Shown piece by piece: positions 43,822-53,937 of a stretch of DNA of 64,000 nucleotides. The position numbers and the translations under genes were made by a program. The notes under the pieces are model-generated. The model had not been told where the DNA came from. It worked only from the letters and a program-made list of their open reading frames with translations, and made no database searches. The DNA comes from Spirochaetia bacterium (GTDB lineage: Bacteria > Spirochaetota > Spirochaetia > SZUA-6 > Bin103), in NCBI GenBank assembly GCA_965203515.1, contig OZ241907.1, positions 3,168,001 through 3,232,000 of the forward strand. Reading direction: 5' to 3'. How positions within the stretch are numbered: position 1 is the first letter of the stretch; each line of letters begins with the position of its first letter.

Positions 43822-44977
43822 ATGAGTATCTACGAAGAACTGGGCGTGCGCACGCTGATCAACGCCGCCGGCACCGTAACCAACTACGGCGGGTCGCTGA
43901 TGGCCCCGGAAGTGTTCGAGGTCATGCAGGAGGCCAACCGCCGGTTCTGCCGGCTGGAGGAACTGCAGCGGAAGGTCGGCGAACGCATCGCCGGCCTGCT
44001 GGAGGCGGAGGCGTCGTACGTGACCTCCAGCGCCGCCGCCGGGCTGCTGGTGACGACGGCGGCCTGCATGGCCGGCACCGATCCCGCGCGGATCACGCAG
44101 CTCCCGGACGCGACCGGCATGAGGTCGCAGGTGGTCGTCCAGGTCACACCGTCTGGCCTACGATCAGGCGATGCGACTGGCCGGCGCCACCTTCGTAGAG
44201 GTCGACGATCAGGTCGCGCCGCCCGCGCAGGCGCTGCGCGAGGCGGTCGGCGCCGACACGGCCGCGATCCTGTGCATGGCGCACCGCCTCGGCGATCCGG
44301 CGTCGGTCTCGCTCGACGACCTGGTGAGGATCGCCCGAGCGACCGGCGTGCCGCTGATCGTGGACGCCGCTTCGGAGTCTCCGCCGCCGTCGACCCTGAC
44401 CCGCTTCTGGAAGGCCGGCGCGGACCTGACCATCTTCAGCGGCGGCAAGAGCATCATGGGCCCCCAGTCGACGGGACTGGTGGTCGGTCGCAAGGACCTG
44501 ATCGAGGCGTGCGCGGCCAACGGCAATCCGTTCGCGACGGTGGGCCGGCCAGCCAAGGTGAGCCGCGAAGAGATCATCGGCCTGCTGAAGGCGCTGGAGC
44601 TCTACCTTGCCCGCGATCACGACGCCGACCGCGCCCGTTGGGAAGCGCAGGTCGACCACGTCGAGCGCGCGCTGGCACGTGCGCGCCACCTGATAGCGCT
44701 GGAGCGGATGGTGAAGGGGGAGACCTATACCGTGCCGATGCTCGCGGTGCGGACGCTGCCGGCCGCCGGGTTTACGACCGGGCAGCTCTTCGACGGGCTG
44801 CTGGCGGGAGAACCGCGGGTCGTGCTGGCCCAGCACTTCATCGGCGACGGCGTCGTGATCAACCCGCACATGCTCCAACCCGGGCAGGAACGCATCGTCG
44901 CCGAGCGCTGCCTGCAGGTGCTGGAACGGCTCGATCAGCCGCCGGCGCGCGCTTCTCGGCCAGTCGGGACGCGATGA
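43822..44977 (+). pseudogene. SelA/DgaE-like PLP-dependent enzyme, frameshifted near 44147
   Basis: MSIYEELGV..LINAAGT.T.YGGS...VVVQV in one frame; HRLAYDQAMRLAGA...VDAA...FSGGK..GPQSTG...GRPAKV in another. Confidence 0.8.
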
Positions 44978-44978
44978 T

Positions 44979-45493
44979 TTACAGAGTGACGATTTCGCCG
45001 GGACGCATGTCCGGTTTGAGGTCCCAGTACCAGGAGCCGTCGGCCAGCTCGATACGTCGTGAACCGAGTTCCCTGAGCCTCGATCTGACGCTCTGCAGCT
45101 TCCGGCGGAGCACGCCGCGGGGATCGAACAGGATGATGCCATGGTGCGTCACGTCGAGCAGCAGCCAGGGCGTGTCGGCCAACTCCTCCTCGGAGTAGTA
45201 CACGGCTACCGGGGCGGCCGGTATCCACTGCGACGTCAATTCGCTCGTGAGCGGCGTATCGCGCAGACGCAACTTTGCATGGAGGAACGCTTCGAGACCA
45301 CCTCGCGGGCGCCGCGGTGCACGACGAACAGGTCGATGTCGCTGAAGCGGTGCGCCTCACCCCGCGCCACCGAGCCGTACAGCGCGACCGCCGTCAACCG
45401 GTCGCCAAGCCGGACGCGAGCCGCCTCCAGCAGGGCGTCGATCAGCGGCTTGACCTGATCATAGCCGCAGGCGGCGCCTTCTTTCTCCTTCAC
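44979..45493 (-). pseudogene. Minimal nucleotidyltransferase (MNT), frameshifted near 45295
   Basis: LYGSVARGE...SDIDLFVV in one frame; EAFLHAK...GIILFDP...WYWDLKP in another. GTGA overlap with the upstream gene. Confidence 0.75.
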
Positions 45494-46128
45494 GCAGAGC
45501 CTAAGCGCGACAGGAACTCCCGAATCTTGCGGAACGCGTCGTGATCGAAGTCCCAGACCCGTTTCTTCGCGGCTACCCCTACCGATACGTGCGGATCCGC
45601 GGTCGTGGCGAGGTACGCGGTCGTCCGTGCTTTTTCCGGCCGCCGCTGCATCTTCCGTCCGTCCGGATAGATGCACTCGAAGAAGCGGTCGATGCAGTCG
45701 TCCTCTGGCGTGCCGGCGAACGAACCGGCCAGCACCGTCTCCAGCATGCCGGCCCCGTCGTCAGGCACCACCAACACGCTTACCGCCGGACATCCGTCTG
45801 CGACGATCCCAACCGTATCCGGGAGCACAAGATTGGCTCTGTCGAGTTCTGAGAGCGCACGATTGGCTTTGCCGAGTGCCGAACATACGCTTTGGAACGC
45901 CGACCGAGCGGAGTCCTCAGCATCGCGCACGATTCCGAGGCGGCGGACTCTGGCAAATTCACGTGACTTTACGAGCGCCGAGAGATACTCACTCAGCTGG
46001 CTTACGCCGCCAAAGTCCTCGATATTCATCTGAGAAATCCCGAGATGTTTGCTGAACGCCTCAAAGAAATTGCGGTGATCGTTTCCTTCGACGAGGAGCA
46101 GTGTCTCCGCGCTGATGGTGGTCGGCAC
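45490..46128 (-). CDS. DUF3226-like (TOPRIM-like) protein
   Basis: LLLVEGND, GGVSQL, LGIVRDAE, PD..GMLET, KA...YLA, WDFDH. Confidence 0.75.
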   Translation of the reverse strand: MPTTISAETLLLVEGNDHRNFFEAFSKHLGISQMNIEDFGGVSQLSEYLSALVKSREFARVRRLGIVRDAEDSARSAFQSVCSALGKANRALSELDRANLVLPDTVGIVADGCPAVSVLVVPDDGAGMLETVLAGSFAGTPEDDCIDRFFECIYPDGRKMQRRPEKARTTAYLATTADPHVSVGVAAKKRVWDFDHDAFRKIREFLSRLGSA

Positions 46129-46130
46129 GA

Positions 46131-47186
46131 TCAGCGAACCTCGATATCATGGCGTATCGCCGCGGCGATCTCGCCCCGGTCATACGTGACGCAATGGCAG
46201 GTGCCGTCATCGTCTCGTCCAAGGCGGTGCAGGGACAGAGCATCGGTCTTGATCGCCTGGTCGGCGGCCTGTGCGCACTCGAAGCTGTGGGTCGTGGCGA
46301 ACACCTGCACGTCGAATCGACGCGACGCGTTGTCGATCACGCGCCAGATGTCGGCGAGGACGGAGTGATGGAGGCCGTTTTCGACCTCATCGATGAGCAC
46401 TACGCCGGCAGGGACACTCGCCATTCCCAGTACGATGCTGGCAAACCGCGTCATGCCATCACCCATCACCGATAGCGGTACGAGCTCCGAAAGGCCGATG
46501 TCCCCCCAGATCATGGGGGAACCGCTGGCGGAGTTGTCTTCGATGCTCCGCAGGCGCGGCTCGATCACCTGCAGCGCTTCGAGCAGCAGGTCACCCTGCT
46601 TCCGCTTCCGCAACGCTCCCAGGCGGACCGCGTCGTCATGGTCGGTCCGGCGGCGAGACGTCGTCAAGGAGCACGAAAAGGGGACGAACTCCTGGTGGTG
46701 ATCGAACTCGATCTTGTCGTTGACGAGTCTCGCCGCCGTCCTGACAGATTCTGCCTCGCCCTGTTGAAAGGTGAACACCAGCTCGTCCATCGGCGTGAGA
46801 TCGGTGCGTCCGGCATCCTGCACGGGCAACGCGATGCTGCGCCGAGCTGCGAGGGCGATCTTCATCGACAGATCACCGGAAGGTTCGTGCGCGGCTGCGA
46901 TTTCGATGGTGTCTCCGGCATCGAAATCAAAGAAAAACGGTTTCCACAAGGTCTCGACCAACGCCTCCTTCGTCATCCGTGCTTCCGAATCTGTGCCCGC
47001 GGTCCGAAGGATATTGGCATTCATCGCAAGATGAGGATGACCGGCCCCCGAGAGCAGAAAGACGGCTTCCAGCAGCGCCGTCTTGCCGGCGTTGTTGCGG
47101 CCGGCAACGACGTTTACGCGGCTCAGGCGCGGGATGTCGAGCTCCCGGAACAGGCGATAGTTGCGGATGCGCAGGTGATCGAGCAT
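46131..47186 (-). CDS. AAA_15/AAA_21-type ATPase
   Basis: IRNYR.F, GRNNAGKT, MGDG, LIDEVENGLH, QVFATTHS.EC. Confidence 0.88.
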   Translation of the reverse strand: MLDHLRIRNYRLFRELDIPRLSRVNVVAGRNNAGKTALLEAVFLLSGAGHPHLAMNANILRTAGTDSEARMTKEALVETLWKPFFFDFDAGDTIEIAAAHEPSGDLSMKIALAARRSIALPVQDAGRTDLTPMDELVFTFQQGEAESVRTAARLVNDKIEFDHHQEFVPFSCSLTTSRRRTDHDDAVRLGALRKRKQGDLLLEALQVIEPRLRSIEDNSASGSPMIWGDIGLSELVPLSVMGDGMTRFASIVLGMASVPAGVVLIDEVENGLHHSVLADIWRVIDNASRRFDVQVFATTHSFECAQAADQAIKTDALSLHRLGRDDDGTCHCVTYDRGEIAAAIRHDIEVR

Positions 47187-47210
47187 GGTCGCGGAGTCCG
47201 TCGTCGGCCG

Positions 47211-48281
47211 CTATCCGGCCGAGAGCGCCGGCGCCACCTCGGTGGCGAGCAGCTCCACGCAGCGCCACCAGCGCTCGTCGTCGTCGGAGTCCTGCGCGAT
47301 CATCAGCAGCCGGCCGAAGCCGCCGGTGACGTCGATCACCTCGCGCAGCCGTTGCACGACGGTGTCGACGCCGCCGATGATGCACAGGTTGTTCAGCACG
47401 TACTCCACGTCGAGGTCGTCGTCGGTCATGCGAGGATCGAGCTTCATCGCTTCCTGCACCATGCCGGCCTTGAGGATCTTGATCATGTACTCGTACGACC
47501 GGCTGTACACGCCGCGGGCGAACTCCCACGCGTCGGCGTCGGTATCGGCCACCATGACGCTGCGGCACACCCGCCACTCGCCGCGGTCGGGCTCCGGCCG
47601 GCCGGCCTTGGCCGCCCCCTCGCAATAGACCTCCCACTGCCGTTTGAGCACGGCCGGCGTCACCATGTTGGCGCTGATCGGGATGTAGCCGCGCTCGCCG
47701 GCGGTCAGCGCGCCGCGCGACTCCGCCTTGATGATGCTCAGGGCGATCGGCGGGTGAGGCTTCTGATACGGCTTGAGGATGTCGCCCATGCTCAAGTCAG
47801 GCCGAGGGTTTTGCACCTTGGCGCGCCAGAACTCGTCCTTGAAGTCGAACGGCGCCGTCGATTCCCACAGCTTCAGGACCATGTCCATGCCGCGCACCGT
47901 CATCAGGCCGACCTCGGCCGGGTCGAGATCGAACAGCTCGTAGTCGCACGGCACGCCGCCCTGGCCGAAGCCGACCAGGAACCGGCCGCGCGCCAGGTGA
48001 TCGAGGTACGCCAGCCGGGTGGCGACGTTGGCCGGATGGTGCAGCGGCATGATCGACACGCCGGTGCCGAGCTTGATCGACGAGGTGCGCGGCAGCGCGT
48101 TGGCGATGAACACGTCATTCGAGGGGATCGGCTCCCACTCCAGCGTGTGGTGCTGGCCGATCCACGCCTCCTCATAGCCCAGCCGGTCGCAGCGGACCAC
48201 CAGCTCCAGGTCCTCTTCGAAGCATTCGGTGCGATCGCGCTCCGGCGGATGCAGGGGCATCATGAACATTCCGAGTTTCAT
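47211..48281 (-). CDS. LLM class (luciferase-like) flavin-dependent monooxygenase
   Basis: MKLGMFMMPLHP, GYEEAWIGQHH, IKLGTGV, LDHLARGR, PYQKPHPPI. Confidence 0.9.
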   Translation of the reverse strand: MKLGMFMMPLHPPERDRTECFEEDLELVVRCDRLGYEEAWIGQHHTLEWEPIPSNDVFIANALPRTSSIKLGTGVSIMPLHHPANVATRLAYLDHLARGRFLVGFGQGGVPCDYELFDLDPAEVGLMTVRGMDMVLKLWESTAPFDFKDEFWRAKVQNPRPDLSMGDILKPYQKPHPPIALSIIKAESRGALTAGERGYIPISANMVTPAVLKRQWEVYCEGAAKAGRPEPDRGEWRVCRSVMVADTDADAWEFARGVYSRSYEYMIKILKAGMVQEAMKLDPRMTDDDLDVEYVLNNLCIIGGVDTVVQRLREVIDVTGGFGRLLMIAQDSDDDERWWRCVELLATEVAPALSAG

Positions 48282-48339
48282 CGAGCTATCCTCCATGCCG
48301 CAGACCGCGGCGCGCCGGCGTTCGGACCGGGTAATCGAC

Positions 48340-49314
48340 TTAATCGACTGCGGACTCGTCGAAGGAGGCCGTCAGATCGGCGGTCGGCCGGCCCGCATCG
48401 TCGGCGATGACGCGAGCCGCCGGCGGCTGCGTGCGGTACGGCTGCAGCCGGCTGCCGACCCGGACGTCGAAGGAGGTCACCCCCTGCCGCTCCAGGAGCA
48501 GCCCGACCGGGATGCGGTCGCCCCATTCCAGCGCCTTCTGCGAGAAGGCCGCCACCTTGGCGCGGAGCTCGCCGGTCTCCGCGCCGGCGGAGATGCGGCC
48601 GTCGTAATCGGTCGCCTCGACGTCGTAGATGCGCGAGTCACCGTTGCCGGTGCCGCTGAACCACGCCTTGTCGTGCAGGTCGTTGTAGGTCGGGCACGGC
48701 TGGACGATGTCCAGGAACGACAGGCCCGGGTGCCGCACCGCGCGGGTGATCATGCTCACCAGGTGGCGCACGTCGTAGGAGTAGCCGCGGCCGATCCAGG
48801 TAAAGCCGCTCGCATAGGCCAGCGACGGCCCGTTGACGCTCTCCTGGATGTTCGGCTCCGCCAGGCTCTTGGTCTGCAAGCCGAGCTGCAGGGTCGGCGC
48901 TCCTTGCCCCTGCGTGAGGCCGTACACCTCGTTGTTGAACAGCAGGTAGGTCAGATCGACGTTGCGCCGGCCGGCGTTGACGAAGTGGCCGGCGCCGATG
49001 CCCAGCCCGTCGCCGTCGCCGGCGACGATGATCACCGTCAGCTCCGGGTTGGCCAGCTTGATGCCGGTCGCGAACGGCAGCGGACGGCCGTGCAGGGTGT
49101 GCACGCCGTAGCAGTTCACGTAGTACTGCGCCTTGCCGGAGCAGCCGATGCCGCCGACCAGCACCACCTGATGCGGCATGAGCCCCAGGCCGGCGAGCGC
49201 CTGCTGCAGGGCACCCAGGATGCCGAAGTCCCCGCACCCCGGGCACCAGTCGTTGGCGTAGTCGACCCGGAACTGCTTGAGCGCCTGTCTGCGGTCGAGG
49301 GTTGCGGTTGGCAT
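48340..49314 (-). CDS. korB: 2-oxoacid:ferredoxin oxidoreductase beta subunit
   Basis: WCPGCGDFG, GIGCSG, HTLHGR, GDGDG...NN TPP motif, YGLTQGQ, QPCPTYN. Confidence 0.92.
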   Translation of the reverse strand: MPTATLDRRQALKQFRVDYANDWCPGCGDFGILGALQQALAGLGLMPHQVVLVGGIGCSGKAQYYVNCYGVHTLHGRPLPFATGIKLANPELTVIIVAGDGDGLGIGAGHFVNAGRRNVDLTYLLFNNEVYGLTQGQGAPTLQLGLQTKSLAEPNIQESVNGPSLAYASGFTWIGRGYSYDVRHLVSMITRAVRHPGLSFLDIVQPCPTYNDLHDKAWFSGTGNGDSRIYDVEATDYDGRISAGAETGELRAKVAAFSQKALEWGDRIPVGLLLERQGVTSFDVRVGSRLQPYRTQPPAARVIADDAGRPTADLTASFDESAVD

Positions 49315-49321
49315 GTCGTGG

Positions 49322-51271
49322 CTACTCCCAGGGGTTGCGGATGACGGTCTTGGGCTCCGCGCCGCCGGCGGCGATGCGCTGCAGCGGCCCCTGCAGCTCG
49401 GCGGCGGTCAGCGGCCGGCCGTTGTACTTGACGATCTGGTGGGCGGGCCGCAGGCCGGTCTGCTGGCCAAGCAGGCGCGCGAACTGCCCGGAGCGGTTGA
49501 GCTCCACGGTGACGGTCGGCCCGCGCGCGCCCACGCCGGAGAGCAGCGCCTGCAGCTCCGGGCCCGGGAACGGCCAGAGCAGCCGTACCTGCACCAGCCG
49601 CACGGCGAGTCCCCGGCCGGCGAGCGCGTCGATCGCCTCCAGCATCGCCCCCTTGGTGGAGCCCCAGCTCACCACGGTGAGCGCCGCGTCGTCCGCGCCG
49701 TACACCGCGACCTTCTCCGGGAGTCCGATCTCCTCCTCCGCCACCTCCAGCTTGCGGTCGCGCTTCTCCATCTGCTGCTCGCGCACCACCGGGTCCTCGG
49801 TGACGCGGCCTTCCTCGGTATGCTCGCCGCCGGTCACCCAATGCATGCCGCCGGGCTGGCCCAGCACCGGGCGCGGCGAGATGCCGTCGTCCGTGACCGC
49901 GAACCGGGGGAACGATCCCTGCTGCGGCGCGCGGCCGTCGGGCCGGTAGCGCCGGCCGCGGTCGATCGACAACGTGCCGGGATCGAACCGGGGCAGGGTC
50001 TGCGTGGTGCTCGACAGCGCCTTGTCGAGCAGGTGGATGACCGGCAGCTGGTAGCGCTCGGCGTAGTTGAACGCCTGCGCGGCGTCGGTGAACGCCTCCG
50101 TCAGGTCGGAGGAAGCCATCACGATGCGCGGAAACTCGCCGTGGCCGGCGTACAGGGCGCTCAACAGGTCGCCCTGCTCGGTCCGGGTCGGCAAGCCGGT
50201 CGACGGGCCGCCGCGCTGCCAGAGCGTCACCACCAGCGGCACCTCGTTGATGCCGGCCCAGCCGAGTCCCTCGGTCATCAGCGAGAAGCCGGGGCCGGAG
50301 GTCGCGGTGGAGGAGCGCACGCCGGTGAGCGCCGCGCCGGCCGCCATGGTGATGGCGGCGATCTCATCTTCGGTCTGGACCACGACCACCGCCTGTTCGC
50401 CGCCCGCGCGGCTTGCGATCCGCGGGTGCCGCTCCAGGAAGGTGTTCTCCGCGGTCGCCGGGCTGATCGGGTAGTAGGTCTGAAAGGCGAGCCCGGCGGC
50501 CATCTTGCCCATGGCCACCACCTCGCTGCCGTTCACGTAGATGCGGGGACGATCGGGGCTGCCGGGCTGCAATCGCAGGTGGAACGTCCGGTCGGCGAAC
50601 CGGTCGACCGCGTAGCGGTAGGCCAGATCGATGGCGTGGGTGTTGAGCTCCACGATCGGCTTGCGCCCGCGAAAGACGCGGTCGAGCGCGCGTACCAGGA
50701 ACGAGCGGTCCAGGCCGAGGGCGGCGCAGCAGACCGCCACCGACACGGTGTTCAGGGTGCGGTCGGCGCGCGCCTGGGTGATGCCGAGATCCTTGGCCAG
50801 GGCGCCGGTGACCGAGCCGAAGTCGACCGGCAGCGCGTGCACGCCGCGCTCGGCGGCCATCTCCAGCAGACCGGCGGTGCTGTGCGGGAGGCCGCGTTCG
50901 TCCAGCAGGGCGGCCAGGTCGCCGGCCGCGCGCTCATCCAGCATGCTCAACCGGCTCAGCGGGACGTCGGCATCGCGCGCGGAGTGCAGCAGCCAGCCGC
51001 CGTCGGTGACGGCCATCACGTGTCGGGCCAGCGTCTCCGCGTCGAAGGACGCCATGAAGTCGACCTGGCTGCGGTGGCAGGTGAGCGGATGGTCGGCGAC
51101 CCGCACGTCGTAATACGAGTGCCGGCCCATGATGTTGGAGTAGTATTCGCGGTGGCCGAAGACGTGCAGTCCCGCCGCCGCGCAGGAGCGGGCGAAGAAT
51201 CGCGCGGCCGTATCGACCCCGCTCCCCTGCGGTCCGCCGATCCGCCATGCCAGATCAGTTATCAGTGCCAT
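49322..51271 (-). CDS. korA: 2-oxoacid:ferredoxin oxidoreductase alpha subunit
   Basis: IGGPQGSG, YYPISPA, QTEDEIAA, TATSGPG, QRGGPSTGLPT, WGST, VELN.SGQ. Confidence 0.92.
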   Translation of the reverse strand: MALITDLAWRIGGPQGSGVDTAARFFARSCAAAGLHVFGHREYYSNIMGRHSYYDVRVADHPLTCHRSQVDFMASFDAETLARHVMAVTDGGWLLHSARDADVPLSRLSMLDERAAGDLAALLDERGLPHSTAGLLEMAAERGVHALPVDFGSVTGALAKDLGITQARADRTLNTVSVAVCCAALGLDRSFLVRALDRVFRGRKPIVELNTHAIDLAYRYAVDRFADRTFHLRLQPGSPDRPRIYVNGSEVVAMGKMAAGLAFQTYYPISPATAENTFLERHPRIASRAGGEQAVVVVQTEDEIAAITMAAGAALTGVRSSTATSGPGFSLMTEGLGWAGINEVPLVVTLWQRGGPSTGLPTRTEQGDLLSALYAGHGEFPRIVMASSDLTEAFTDAAQAFNYAERYQLPVIHLLDKALSSTTQTLPRFDPGTLSIDRGRRYRPDGRAPQQGSFPRFAVTDDGISPRPVLGQPGGMHWVTGGEHTEEGRVTEDPVVREQQMEKRDRKLEVAEEEIGLPEKVAVYGADDAALTVVSWGSTKGAMLEAIDALAGRGLAVRLVQVRLLWPFPGPELQALLSGVGARGPTVTVELNRSGQFARLLGQQTGLRPAHQIVKYNGRPLTAAELQGPLQRIAAGGAEPKTVIRNPWE

Positions 51272-51360
51272 GCTGTGTCGTCGATCGTTGACTCTTTGCA
51301 GCTAGGCGCGTTCGATCGCGCGATGGCTGCGGATCGCGCACGCTTGCCGGAAGCTACGAT

Positions 51361-51390
51361 AGGATATTGAGAAACTTGACGTACTGTCAA
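51361..51390 (-). promoter_or_regulatory. Putative korAB promoter overlapped by a TTGAC-N5-GTCAA palindrome
   Basis: Minus strand TTGACA (51390-51385), 18 nt, TATCCT (51366-51361). Palindrome at 51376-51390. Confidence 0.55.
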
Positions 51391-51446
51391 ACCGCACCGC
51401 CGCCGGGGCGGAGTCCCCGTGACGCGGCGTCCGTGACGCGGCTCCC

Positions 51447-52283
51447 ATGAAGGTAGCGATCCTGGCTGACGTGCACGGCAACCTGCAGGCGCTGCAGGCG
51501 GTGTGCGATCACGTGGACCGCTGGCGTCCGGATGCGGTGCTGGTGGCCGGCGACACCGTCAACCGCGGCCCGCGCTCCCCGGAATGCCACGATGCGATCC
51601 GCGCGCGCCGCGCGTGCGACGGCTGGATCGTCATACGCGGCAATCACGAAGAGTACGTCATGGGGCGCGCCGCCGCCGACGCGCCCCGCCCGCCGGCGCC
51701 GTACGACGTGTTCGCGGCGGTCGACTGGTGCCGGCGCTCGCTGGGCGCGCGCGTCGCGGAGCTCCCGGAGCTGCCGGCACAGGCGCGGCTGGAGACGCCG
51801 GCCGGCGAGGTATTCATGACCCACGGCACGCTGCTCGGCTCCCGCGACGGCATCTACCCGCACACCACGGAGGACGAGTTGCGCGCCAAGGTGCGCCTGC
51901 GCAGCGCGGTGTTCGCGGTGGGGCACACCCACCGGCCGCTGACCCGCACCTGCCGGGGCTGCCTGGTGATCAACGCGGGCTCGATCGGGCTGCCGTTCGA
52001 CGGCGACCCGCGCGCCGCCTACGCGCGTCTGGAGCTGACCGGCGCCGGCGCGTGCGTACGCATCGTCCGGCTGGCCTACGACCGCGCCGCCGCGGAGCGG
52101 GACTTCGCGCTGAGCGGCTTTCTGGACGGCAGCGGACCGATCGGCCGGATCATCCTCAACGAGTTCCGTACCGCGCGCGGCCGGTTGGCGGCGTGGACCC
52201 GCGACTTCCAGGCCCGGATACTGGCGCGGGAGGTCACCGTGGCGGAGGCGGCGCAGAGGTTTCTGGCCGGGCAGACCGGATGA
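51447..52283 (+). CDS. Calcineurin-like metallophosphoesterase
   Basis: ADVHGN, AGD.V.RGP, RGNHE, THG, GHTH, INAGSIG. Confidence 0.92.
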   Translation: MKVAILADVHGNLQALQAVCDHVDRWRPDAVLVAGDTVNRGPRSPECHDAIRARRACDGWIVIRGNHEEYVMGRAAADAPRPPAPYDVFAAVDWCRRSLGARVAELPELPAQARLETPAGEVFMTHGTLLGSRDGIYPHTTEDELRAKVRLRSAVFAVGHTHRPLTRTCRGCLVINAGSIGLPFDGDPRAAYARLELTGAGACVRIVRLAYDRAAAERDFALSGFLDGSGPIGRIILNEFRTARGRLAAWTRDFQARILAREVTVAEAAQRFLAGQTG

Positions 52284-52704
52284 GCCGCCGCGGCGGCGGC
52301 TGGCGGGAGAGCAGGTCGGCCAGGTCCGTGCGGATCTCCTCATCGGTCAGGCCGGCCTTGCGGTCGAAGGCGATCGCGCGGGCGACCAGCAGGTCGCGCT
52401 GCGGGCCGCCCTCATATCGGTCGGGCAGCAGGCCGGCGGCGCGCGCGGCGGCGATCGTCCGCTCGACCCGCGCCGGCGACGGCATGAACAGCCGGCGCAG
52501 CGCGTGCGGGACGCGCGCGATCAGCAGCCACAGGCCGGCGGCCGCGGCGCCCGCGAGCGGGGCGGCGCCGATGCTGGCGGCCCGCTCGAAGGCGGACGCC
52601 ATCGCCTGCCAGCCCACGCCGGCGCTGATCGCCTGCGCCGCGGTGACCCCGGCGCCGAGCGTGACGGCGATGATGCGGTTGGTGGTGCTAGCGCGGGACG
52701 GCAT
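52234..52704 (-). CDS. Hypothetical membrane protein
   Basis: ATG at 52704, two hydrophobic segments and a helical C-terminus. Overlaps the convergent gene by 50 nt. Confidence 0.45.
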   Translation of the reverse strand: MPSRASTTNRIIAVTLGAGVTAAQAISAGVGWQAMASAFERAASIGAAPLAGAAAAGLWLLIARVPHALRRLFMPSPARVERTIAAARAAGLLPDRYEGGPQRDLLVARAIAFDRKAGLTDEEIRTDLADLLSRQPPPRRLIRSARPETSAPPPPR

Positions 52705-52863
52705 CGGCGGTGCGGCAGCCGGGGGTACGGCGCGGACGGCTGCGCCCGCGGTCCGGCTGCGCGCCCATCGTATCCGCCCGGCGCACTCGACGTCAGGCGG
52801 CCGGGCGGACCCGACCGGCGACCCGGCCGGCATCGACGGCGCGCCGGCCGCCGATACGGGGTC

Positions 52864-53544
52864 ATGATCCGGTCGCGCGCGGGCGTGCCGGAGCTGGCGT
52901 TGCTGATCGCCGGGCTGCTGATTGCCGGGTTGCTCGCCGGCCCGGCCACTTCCGTCGCCGCCCTCGACCCGCCGACGATAACCGTCACCTACGAGTCGGC
53001 GCAGGGTATCGAGGAGGACGACGAAGAGGAGCTGTCGCCCAGCTACGTGCGCCGCACCGTCGTGACGACCGTGCGCCAGCCGCTTGGCGGCGGCGCCCGC
53101 GTCACGCTTCCGGTACGGCTCACCACCCGTTCCGACCCGCGGGAGCCGGCCGAAGGCGACGACCGGTCGGTGAGCTTTCAGCCGCGGCTCGACGTCGATC
53201 TGACCGACCGGCTCGACCTGGGCACGGAGCTGATCCTGCGCCACGACGACGACCGGCGGTTGCTCACCGCCGGCGGCCGGCTGCAGTCGCGGCTGCGGGT
53301 GGGCGACGTCGCCCTCGACGGGTGGCTGAAGCCGCTGTTCGATCTCTACGCGGACCGGCCGGAGCGCAACCGGCAGCTCTACACCGCGTCGGTCGGCGTC
53401 ACCTACACGCGCGACGCCCTGCGCGTGAGCACCCGCTACCGCGGCACGGCGCGGTTCGCCTTCGGGGAAGGGAGCGAGGTCGATCCGCGCTTCTCCCTGC
53501 TGGTGAGCGTATCGCTGCGCATCGATCTGGCCGCGGTGCGCTGA
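52864..53544 (+). CDS. Hypothetical secreted protein, beta-barrel-like
   Basis: Signal peptide, then many alternating-hydrophobicity strands (SFQPRLDVDL, YTASVGVTY, FSLLVSVSLRIDL). Confidence 0.65.
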   Translation: MIRSRAGVPELALLIAGLLIAGLLAGPATSVAALDPPTITVTYESAQGIEEDDEEELSPSYVRRTVVTTVRQPLGGGARVTLPVRLTTRSDPREPAEGDDRSVSFQPRLDVDLTDRLDLGTELILRHDDDRRLLTAGGRLQSRLRVGDVALDGWLKPLFDLYADRPERNRQLYTASVGVTYTRDALRVSTRYRGTARFAFGEGSEVDPRFSLLVSVSLRIDLAAVR

Positions 53545-53547
53545 GGT

Positions 53548-53937
53548 TCACCCGTCCGTGCCGCGCTCGAGCGCGTAGGAGTCGACCCGGAGCCGGGCGG
53601 GCACGCCCGGTTCGTACGCTTCCCGCACCACTTGGCCGCGAACCGTCACGCGGCGCTGCTGCAGGCGCCGCAGCTCCGCCGCCGGATCGCCGACCAGCTC
53701 GTAGGTCACCTCGTCGGTGACCACGACCAGCCGGACGTGGGGCTCCGAGCCGGTCACCGTAATCCGGCCGGTGACCGCGATCCGGCCGGTACCTGACCGG
53801 TCGGTAATTGCGGACCGGTCGGTAATCGCGGACCGGTCGTCCGATTCCGCCGGGTCCGGCGCGCCGACCTGGTCCGCGGAGGCGCATGCCAGGAGCATCC
53901 CGGCGGACAGCGCCACCGCCGCGCCGGCGCGCGTCAC
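53548..53937 (-). CDS. Small hypothetical lipoprotein (OB-fold-like)
   Basis: GTGA overlap, LLAC lipobox, TGRI.V.GSEP...VTVRGQV. Confidence 0.7.
   Translation of the reverse strand: MTRAGAAVALSAGMLLACASADQVGAPDPAESDDRSAITDRSAITDRSGTGRIAVTGRITVTGSEPHVRLVVVTDEVTYELVGDPAAELRRLQQRRVTVRGQVVREAYEPGVPARLRVDSYALERGTDG
53750..53839. repeat. 18-bp in-frame tandem repeats encoding DRSAIT x2.5 and TGRI.V x2
   Basis: GACCGGTCGGTAAT(T/C)GCG at 53795 and 53813, partial at 53831; a second 18-bp pair at about 53750-53790. Confidence 0.8.

Noticed and set aside
43822..44977. True selenocysteine synthase or recoding site
   Set aside because: The break is a frameshift, not an in-frame UGA. There is no selB, selC or selD nearby, and the protein is the short SelA-like type.
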